A DNA stretch of 64,000 nucleotides from a phage, in the sequence record PZ019086.1; one strand, written 5' to 3'. The first letter of the stretch is position 1. The number at the start of each line of letters is the position of its first letter. Below, piece by piece: positions 56,662 through 64,000 of the stretch. Below the pieces are notes generated by a model that had not been told where the DNA came from, did not search any database, and saw only the letters and a list, made by a program, of their open reading frames with translations. The translations under genes were made by a program, and so were the position numbers.

Positions 56662-58698
56662 ATGAATTATAACGAAATTGTTGATGAATTAGTTGATACC
56701 ATACAATCAGCTTGTTCAATTATTCCCGAAGGTTATTATAGACGAGTTAAATGGGAATTATACAATCCCAATAAAGAAATGATTCAACCCGATAATGGGG
56801 TTGAATGGGACACTGAAATTATTAAATTAGATACCCATCTTTACACCGAAAATCCATTTGGTCATTCTTCTGATACATTTACTGAATCATCTGATGGAGA
56901 AACCCAAACTGGTGTTTTTTGTCATAAAATCGGCGTGTATTTTCCAACTCAAACTGCGTTAGAAGATTACGTTGAACAAATTGGTGCAACTTTACTTCCA
57001 GGTAATACTTGGTATGGTGCTGATTTATCGAAACGTGAATTTTTTAAAACTGAAATTGAATATGATATGTATCGCATTGAAAATCGCGGAGGTACATGGC
57101 ATCATACGGGTCCTAGAATAGATGCTAGGACAATGATCGGTGTTAACAATGACTATACAATGTATGTTAACTTTAACGGTTTAGGAGATTATCGAAGAGC
57201 ATATTTAAAATATTATGAAGATAAACCATGCACATATGTCGGTTTAACACTAAATTTAAATATAGATACATCAATTCCCGGTATTCCTTATTCACCTCCA
57301 TCAATTATTGGAGAGCTTCCACTTAATGCAATTTCATGCGTTAATTTTACTGCCCAATTTCCATACAATGGCTTAACAACTGCAATTATTGAGGCTTGGA
57401 ACACCTCAAGAGATTCATTTAAACTATATTGGGATATGTTGCCTGGTATGCCGGCAATTAGCGGAAGTGATTTTGAAAAATATTTTAATTCGGCATATAC
57501 ACATTTATCTGTAGCAATGGAAGAGCTTGGAAATTCGGCAATTGCCATGTGTCAATATGTTCAGCAACAAGCCTTTATGGTTTTTAAAAATTCTGTTTCA
57601 CAAGTTCTAAATATTGTCGGTGGCGGATGGGATTTATTAAAAAGTTTTTTACCTAAAATAACAATAATGGGCATATCTATTGATATTGAAGATTTATGTA
57701 CATCAACAGATGGTGTTCAAAAATTGAAGGAAACCTTTGAAAATTTTAATCTGGAAGATACTATTAGTTCAATTTATTCTGCAATGGGTTCTGCATATGA
57801 CTATTCTATAGAACGCGTTAAAATGTATTCGCGGGATTTAATTGATGCAATAACAGATTTATATGATTGGGCCTGGTCAAAATTAATGATGGCCGGTGTC
57901 GCTTTATCAAAATTATGTGTTGATTTAGCACAAATCTGGAGCATGCCACCAATTATTCCAAATCCAGTGTGGTCTGTTATCACTTTAGTGAAGGAAATGA
58001 TGAAACAAATTCCTCCATTAGATATGATTATGTCAGGTAATTTTCCTGGATTTACTGCTTCTGATGTATATCAGATGGTTATGTCTATCGTATCTGAAAA
58101 AATTAAACAAGTTTATACTGAAATAGAATCATTAAAAACCCAAGCATTGGATGTATGGAATGAAATTAAACTAAAAACACAGGAATATAAAAAGCAAACG
58201 ATTGAATTTAAACAATATTTATCAGGAATGGCTGAAAAGGTTGAAGATGAAATAACTATAGCAAAAAAGAAAGCGTTACAAGAAGCTGAATCCGCTTTAA
58301 ATGTTTTAAAGGATAAATATAACAGTATTAAAGACTTGATAAAAAATAAACAGATTTCTGTGTCTGATGTATTAGATTTAGCTTTGACTGAATTTCGAAA
58401 AATTCCATTAATTTCACAAATGGAATCATTATTATCTTTAGCTGGAGCATCTATCGATGATATAATGAAAGTATATGAAAATAGCGTTACTAAAGCAAAA
58501 TCATTATATCACGAATTCACCGATGGCGCTCGGTCAATGAAAGATCTATGCAAATCATTATACAATCAAATTTCGACTTTATGTTTGAGTAAGGTTGTGC
58601 AATGGATTAATAAAATGCTTGGAATATTTGGATTAAGTATTACATTTCCAACAGTATCAATATGCATTCCATGCTTAAAAACTCCTATGAGGAATTAA
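56662..58698 (+). CDS. Large uncharacterized protein between baseplate genes 5 and 6
   Basis: 678 aa from ATG 56662 (MNYNEIVDELV...), directly after the gene 5 stop; C-terminal half helical/coiled-coil with hydrophobic stretches; no motif I can recognise; the track's upstream extension overlaps gene 5. Confidence 0.7.
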   Translation: MNYNEIVDELVDTIQSACSIIPEGYYRRVKWELYNPNKEMIQPDNGVEWDTEIIKLDTHLYTENPFGHSSDTFTESSDGETQTGVFCHKIGVYFPTQTALEDYVEQIGATLLPGNTWYGADLSKREFFKTEIEYDMYRIENRGGTWHHTGPRIDARTMIGVNNDYTMYVNFNGLGDYRRAYLKYYEDKPCTYVGLTLNLNIDTSIPGIPYSPPSIIGELPLNAISCVNFTAQFPYNGLTTAIIEAWNTSRDSFKLYWDMLPGMPAISGSDFEKYFNSAYTHLSVAMEELGNSAIAMCQYVQQQAFMVFKNSVSQVLNIVGGGWDLLKSFLPKITIMGISIDIEDLCTSTDGVQKLKETFENFNLEDTISSIYSAMGSAYDYSIERVKMYSRDLIDAITDLYDWAWSKLMMAGVALSKLCVDLAQIWSMPPIIPNPVWSVITLVKEMMKQIPPLDMIMSGNFPGFTASDVYQMVMSIVSEKIKQVYTEIESLKTQALDVWNEIKLKTQEYKKQTIEFKQYLSGMAEKVEDEITIAKKKALQEAESALNVLKDKYNSIKDLIKNKQISVSDVLDLALTEFRKIPLISQMESLLSLAGASIDDIMKVYENSVTKAKSLYHEFTDGARSMKDLCKSLYNQISTLCLSKVVQWINKMLGIFGLSITFPTVSICIPCLKTPMRN

Positions 58699-58699
58699 A

Positions 58700-60679
58700 A
58701 TGACAACTCCTGTAAATTATCAATTAACAAGAACAGCAAATGCTATTCCCGAGATATTCGTCGGGGGTACATTTGCTGAAATAAAACAAAACCTCATTGA
58801 ATGGCTTAATGGTCAAAATGAATTTTTGGATTATGATTTTGAAGGCTCAAGATTAAACGTTCTGTGCGACCTTTTGGCTTATAATACATTATACATTCAG
58901 CAGTTTGGTAATGCTGCCGTGTATGAAAGCTTTATGCGTACTGCTAATTTGCGTAGTTCAGTAGTTCAAGCGGCACAAGATAATGGATATTTACCTACTT
59001 CAAAATCAGCTGCTCAAACTGAAATTATGCTAACTTGTACAGATGCATTGAATAGAAATTACATTACTATTCCTCGTGGTACTCGCTTTTTAGCATATGC
59101 AAAGGATACTTCCGTTAATCCTTACAACTTTGTATCTACCGAAGATGTTATTGCTATTCGCGATAAAAATAACCAATATTTTCCGCGTTTAAAATTGGCC
59201 CAGGGACGTATAGTAAGAACTGAAATCATTTATGATAAATTAACGCCTATTATCATTTATGATAAAAATATTGATAGAAACCAGGTTAAATTATATGTTG
59301 ATGGAGCGGAATGGATTAACTGGACGAGAAAGTCAATGGTTCATGCTGGTTCAACATCAACGATTTACTATATGCGTGAAACTATTGATGGAAACACTGA
59401 ATTCTATTTTGGTGAAGGTGAAATTTCTGTTAATGCGGCAGAAGGAGCATTGACTGCTAATTATATTGGGGGTCTTAAACCTACCCAGAACTCTACGATT
59501 GTTATTGAGTACATCAGTACTAACGGTGCAGATGCGAATGGCGCAGTCGGATTTTCATATGCAGATACATTAACAAATATAACTGTCATCAACATTAATG
59601 AAAATCCAAACGATGACCCAGATTTTGTTGGGGCAGATGGCGGCGGTGATCCAGAAGATATTGAACGTATTCGCGAATTGGGTACTATTAAACGCGAAAC
59701 CCAGCAACGCTGTGTAACTGCGACTGACTATGATACATTCGTTTCAGAGAGATTTGGTTCTATTATTCAAGCAGTTCAGACTTTCACTGATTCTACTAAA
59801 CCTGGTTATGCATTTATTGCTGCTAAACCTAAATCAGGGTTGTATTTAACTACTGTACAGCGCGAAGATATTAAAAATTATCTCAAAGACTATAATTTAG
59901 CTCCTATTACACCGTCAATTATTTCTCCTAATTATCTTTTTATTAAGACTAATTTAAAAGTCACATATGCTTTAAATAAGCTGCAAGAATCCGAACAGTG
60001 GCTCGAAGGTCAAATAATTGATAAAATTGATCGTTATTATACCGAAGATGTAGAAATTTTTAACTCATCTTTCGCTAAATCTAAGATGTTGACATATGTA
60101 GATGATGCAGATCATTCTATCATTGGTTCATCAGCGACAATTCAAATTGTTCGTGAAGTACAAAACTTCTATAAAACGCCTGAAGCAGGTATTAAATACA
60201 ATAATCAAATAAAAGATCGTTCTATGGAATCTAATACGTTTTCATTTAATTCTGGACGAAAGGTTGTAAATCCTGATACTGGTTTAGAAGAAGATGTATT
60301 ATATGACGTTCGCATAGTATCAACAGACCGAGATTCTAAAGGAATTGGTAAAGTTATTATTGGTCCATTTGCTTCTGGCGATGTTACAGAAAATGAAAAC
60401 ATTCAGCCGTATACAGGCAACGATTTTAACAAATTAGCAAATTCTGATGGACGCGACAAATACTATGTTATCGGTGAAATAAATTATCCAGCTGATGTGA
60501 TTTATTGGAATATCGCTAAAATTAATTTAACATCTGAAAAATTTGAAGTTCAGACTATTGAATTATATTCTGACCCAACCGATGATGTTATCTTTACTCG
60601 CGATGGTTCGCTGATTGTATTTGAAAATGACTTACGTCCACAATACTTAACTATCGATTTGGAGCCTATATCACAATGA
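58700..60679 (+). CDS. 6: Baseplate wedge protein gp6
   Basis: 659 aa (T4 gp6 660 aa); position. Confidence 0.85.
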   Translation: MTTPVNYQLTRTANAIPEIFVGGTFAEIKQNLIEWLNGQNEFLDYDFEGSRLNVLCDLLAYNTLYIQQFGNAAVYESFMRTANLRSSVVQAAQDNGYLPTSKSAAQTEIMLTCTDALNRNYITIPRGTRFLAYAKDTSVNPYNFVSTEDVIAIRDKNNQYFPRLKLAQGRIVRTEIIYDKLTPIIIYDKNIDRNQVKLYVDGAEWINWTRKSMVHAGSTSTIYYMRETIDGNTEFYFGEGEISVNAAEGALTANYIGGLKPTQNSTIVIEYISTNGADANGAVGFSYADTLTNITVININENPNDDPDFVGADGGGDPEDIERIRELGTIKRETQQRCVTATDYDTFVSERFGSIIQAVQTFTDSTKPGYAFIAAKPKSGLYLTTVQREDIKNYLKDYNLAPITPSIISPNYLFIKTNLKVTYALNKLQESEQWLEGQIIDKIDRYYTEDVEIFNSSFAKSKMLTYVDDADHSIIGSSATIQIVREVQNFYKTPEAGIKYNNQIKDRSMESNTFSFNSGRKVVNPDTGLEEDVLYDVRIVSTDRDSKGIGKVIIGPFASGDVTENENIQPYTGNDFNKLANSDGRDKYYVIGEINYPADVIYWNIAKINLTSEKFEVQTIELYSDPTDDVIFTRDGSLIVFENDLRPQYLTIDLEPISQ

Positions 60680-63600
60680 CAGTAAAAGCACCTTCAGTCA
60701 CTAGTCTCAGAATTTCCAAGTTATCCGCAAATCAGGTGCAAGTACGCTGGGATGACGTTGGTGCTAATTTCTACTATTTTGTAGAAATCGCTGAGACAAA
60801 AACAAACTCGGGGGAAAATCTCCCGAGTAATCAATACAGATGGATTAACTTAGGATATACTGCAAATAACAGCTTCTTTTTTGATGATGCTGACCCATTG
60901 ACATCATACGTTATTAGAGTAGCTACAGCTGCACAAGATTTTGAGCAGTCTGATTGGATTTATACCGAAGAGTTTGAAACTTTTGCTACAAATGCTTATA
61001 CATTTCAAAACATGATTGAAATGCAATTAGCCAATAAATTCATTCAGGAAAAATTTACTCTTAATAATTCTGATTATGTCAATTTTAATAATGACACCAT
61101 AATGGCTGCATTGATGAATGAATCGTTCCAATTCAGCCCGTCATATGTTGATGTTTCATCAATAAGTAATTTTATTATTGGTGAAAATGAGTATCATGAA
61201 ATACAAGGTTCTATTCAGCAAGTATGTAAGGATATTAACCGAGTTTATTTGATGGAATCAGAAGGGATTCTATACCTTTTTGAGCGTTATCAACCTGTAG
61301 TTAAAGTATCCAATGATAAAGGACAAACTTGGAAAGCTGTAAAGCTCTTCAATGACCGCGTAGGATATCCTTTATCTAAGACAGTATATTACCAATCTGC
61401 GAACACAACATACGTTCTAGGATACGACAAGATTTTCTATGGCCGCAAATCTACTGATGTTAGATGGTCAGCTGACGATGTCAGATTTAGTTCTCAGGAT
61501 ATAACATTCGCTAAACTTGGCGACCAATTACATTTAGGATTTGATGTAGAAATTTTTGCCACTTACGCAACTTTGCCAGCGAATGTATATCGCATTGCAG
61601 AAGCTATTACTTGCAACGATGATTACATTTACGTTGTCGCCAGAGACAAAGTTAGATACATAAAAACGAGCAATGCACCTATAGATTCTGATCCATTATC
61701 TCCAACATATTCGGAAAGGCTTTTTGAACCTGATACAATGACTATAACCGGAAATCCTAAAGCAGTATGCTATAAAATGGATTCTATCGGTGATAAAGTT
61801 TTTGCTCTTATTATTGGTGAAGTTGAAACACTAAATGCTAATCCTAGAACATCAAAAATAATTGATTCTGCTGATAAAGGAATATATGTTTTAAATCATG
61901 ACACAAAAACATGGAAAAGAGTTTTTGGCAACACTGAAGAAGAAAGAAGACGTATTCAACCAGGGTATGCGAATATGTCAACTGATGGTAAATTAGTTTC
62001 TCTATCATCGAGTAATTTTAAATTTTTAAGTGATAATGTTGTTAATGACCCTGAAACTGCCGCAAAATATCAGTTAATCGGTGCCGTTAAATATGAATTT
62101 CCTCGTGAATGGTTAGCTGATAAGCATTATCATATGATGGCATTTATAGCAGATGAAAAGTCTGATTGGGAAACTTTTACTCCTCAGCCGATGAAATACT
62201 ACGCTGAACCATTCTTTAACTGGTCTAAAAAATCTAACACACGTTGTTGGATAAACAACTCTGATAGGGTTGTAGTAGTTTATGCTGATTTAAAATACAC
62301 TAAAGTTATAGAAAATATTCCTGAAACATCACCAGATAGATTAGTTCATGAATACTGGGATGATGGCGATTGCACTATAGTAATGCCAAATGTTAAATTC
62401 ACTGGATTTAAAAAATATGCATCTGGGATGCTTTTCTATAAAGCCTCTGGCGAAATAATTTCTTACTATGATTTTAACTATCGTGTTAGAGACACTGTCG
62501 AAATTATTTGGAAGCCAACTGAAGTATTTTTAAAAGCATTTTTACAAAACCAAGAGCATGAAACTCCTTGGTCGCCTGAAGAAGAGCGTGGATTAGCTGA
62601 CCCTGATTTAAGACCGTTGATTGGCACAATGATGCCTGATTCTTATTTGTTACAGGATTCGAATTTTGAGGCATTTTGCGAAGCATATATTCAATATCTT
62701 TCTGATGGATATGGAACCCAGTATAACAATTTACGAAATTTAATTCGTAACAAATATCCACGAGAAGAGCATGCATGGGAATATTTGTGGTCAGAGATAT
62801 ATAAAAGAAACATTTATTTAAATGCTGACAAACGTGATGCTGTTACAAGATTTTTCGAATCACGTAGCTATGATTTTTATTCTACTAAAGGAATTGAAGC
62901 ATCATACAAATTTCTTTTTAAAGTTCTTTATAATGAAGAGGTTGAAATTGAAATTGAATCTGGGGCTGGTACTGAATATGATATAATCGTTCAATCTGAT
63001 TCTTTGACCGAAGACTTAGTAGGACAAACGATTTATACAGCTACAGGAAGATGTAATGTTACTTATATAGAAAGAAGCTATTCTAATGGTAAATTGCAAT
63101 GGACCGTAACTATTCATAATCTTTTGGGAAGATTGATTGCCGGTCAAGAAGTTAAAGCAGAAAGACTTCCTAGTTTTGAAGGCGAAATTATTCGTGGGGT
63201 TAAAGGAAAGGATTTGCTTCAAAATAATATAGACTATATTAATAGAAGTCGATCATATTATGTAATGAAAATTAAATCCAATTTGCCTTCTTCCCGCTGG
63301 AAATCTGACGTTATTCGTTTTGTTCATCCAGTAGGATTTGGATTTATAGCAATTACTCTTTTAACAATGTTTATTAATGTTGGTTTAACTCTTAAACACA
63401 CAGAGACTATAATTAATAAATACAAAAACTACAAATGGGATTCTGGATTGCCTACTGAATATGCTGATAGAGTAGCTAAATTAACTCCAACCGGTGAAAT
63501 TGAGCATGATTCGGTAACAGGCGAGGCAATTTATGAGCCTGGCCCAATGGCTGGTGTAAAATATCCTCTTCCTGATGACTATAATGCTGAAAATAATAAT

Positions 63601-63774
63601 TCAATATTTCAAGGTCAATTGCCATCTGAACGACGTAAATTAATGAGTCCTCTATTTGATGCATCTGGAACAACATTTGCACAATTTAGAGATTTAGTTA
63701 ATAAACGTCTAAAAGATAATATAGGAAATCCAAGAGACCCTGAAAATCCAACACAGGTTAAAATAGATGAATGA
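60676..63774 (+). CDS. 7: Baseplate wedge protein gp7
   Basis: 1032 aa, identical length to T4 gp7. Confidence 0.9.
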   Translation: MTVKAPSVTSLRISKLSANQVQVRWDDVGANFYYFVEIAETKTNSGENLPSNQYRWINLGYTANNSFFFDDADPLTSYVIRVATAAQDFEQSDWIYTEEFETFATNAYTFQNMIEMQLANKFIQEKFTLNNSDYVNFNNDTIMAALMNESFQFSPSYVDVSSISNFIIGENEYHEIQGSIQQVCKDINRVYLMESEGILYLFERYQPVVKVSNDKGQTWKAVKLFNDRVGYPLSKTVYYQSANTTYVLGYDKIFYGRKSTDVRWSADDVRFSSQDITFAKLGDQLHLGFDVEIFATYATLPANVYRIAEAITCNDDYIYVVARDKVRYIKTSNAPIDSDPLSPTYSERLFEPDTMTITGNPKAVCYKMDSIGDKVFALIIGEVETLNANPRTSKIIDSADKGIYVLNHDTKTWKRVFGNTEEERRRIQPGYANMSTDGKLVSLSSSNFKFLSDNVVNDPETAAKYQLIGAVKYEFPREWLADKHYHMMAFIADEKSDWETFTPQPMKYYAEPFFNWSKKSNTRCWINNSDRVVVVYADLKYTKVIENIPETSPDRLVHEYWDDGDCTIVMPNVKFTGFKKYASGMLFYKASGEIISYYDFNYRVRDTVEIIWKPTEVFLKAFLQNQEHETPWSPEEERGLADPDLRPLIGTMMPDSYLLQDSNFEAFCEAYIQYLSDGYGTQYNNLRNLIRNKYPREEHAWEYLWSEIYKRNIYLNADKRDAVTRFFESRSYDFYSTKGIEASYKFLFKVLYNEEVEIEIESGAGTEYDIIVQSDSLTEDLVGQTIYTATGRCNVTYIERSYSNGKLQWTVTIHNLLGRLIAGQEVKAERLPSFEGEIIRGVKGKDLLQNNIDYINRSRSYYVMKIKSNLPSSRWKSDVIRFVHPVGFGFIAITLLTMFINVGLTLKHTETIINKYKNYKWDSGLPTEYADRVAKLTPTGEIEHDSVTGEAIYEPGPMAGVKYPLPDDYNAENNNSIFQGQLPSERRKLMSPLFDASGTTFAQFRDLVNKRLKDNIGNPRDPENPTQVKIDE

Positions 63775-64000
63775 TTCAAGTGTTATCTATCGTGCGATAG
63801 TTACTTCAAAATTTAGAACAGAAAAAATGTTGAATTTTTATAATTCAATTGGAAGTGGTCCGGATAAAAACACTATCTTTATCACATTTGGAAGATCAGA
63901 ACCATGGTCATCAAATGAAAATGAGGTGGGCTTTGCCCCACCTTATCCCACCGATTCTGTATTAGGTGTAACTGACATGTGGACTCATATGATGGGAACT
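63767..64000 (+). CDS. 8: Baseplate wedge protein gp8, N-terminal part (runs off window end)
   Basis: ATG overlapping gene 7 end; translation MNDSSVIYRAIVTSKFRTEKMLNFYNSIGSGPDK...; not in ORF track because truncated. Confidence 0.8.
   Translation, partial: MNDSSVIYRAIVTSKFRTEKMLNFYNSIGSGPDKNTIFITFGRSEPWSSNENEVGFAPPYPTDSVLGVTDMWTHMMGT

Noticed and set aside
56662-58698. Interpreting the 678-aa protein as a PAAR-like spike tip
   Set aside because: No Pro-Ala-Ala-Arg repeats or Cys/His zinc site pattern at either terminus could be seen; left as uncharacterised.
60205-63682. Minus-strand ORFs 60205..60402, 62504..62776, 63016..63222, 63476..63682
   Set aside because: All antisense inside baseplate genes 6 and 7; no start context.

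Overview
This window is a ~64 kb slice of a T-even (T4-like, Tevenvirinae) coliphage genome. It runs from the 5' part of uvsX through the replication/recombination block (42, imm, 43, regA, 62, 44, 45, rpbA, 46, 47), alpha-gt, 55, the anaerobic RNR genes nrdH/nrdG/nrdD, 49, nrdC and its downstream block, rI, tk, vs, regB, internal proteins, lysozyme e, a tRNA cluster, ipI, 57B, 57A, 1, 3, 2 and 4, then the plus-strand baseplate genes 53, 5, 6, 7 and the start of 8. Almost everything from 1 to about 54.3 kb is on the minus strand with T4-style early promoters, late promoters (TATAAATA) and UUCG-type hairpins between cistrons. All gene identifications rest on reading the translations against what I remember of T4; no database search was possible. 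Coordinates of RNA genes, promoters, hairpins and sub-60-aa ORFs come from manual counting and may be off by 1-2 nt. The ORF track often begins at TTG or GTG codons, so several CDS starts were moved to the first in-frame ATG with a ribosome-binding site. The phage is not T4 itself: the beta-gt locus holds an unrelated GT-A glycosyltransferase, denV is absent, nrdD has no intron, and the T4 mobD position is replaced by a ~4.3 kb early-transcribed island. The most interesting candidates are that island (a nucleotidyltransferase translationally coupled to a small membrane protein, plus tandem paralogs and small proteins), a 678-aa ORF between baseplate genes 5 and 6, two extra tRNAs (Tyr-GTA, Asn-GTT), and an expanded array of capsid-targeted internal proteins. 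No CRISPR array or integrase was seen.
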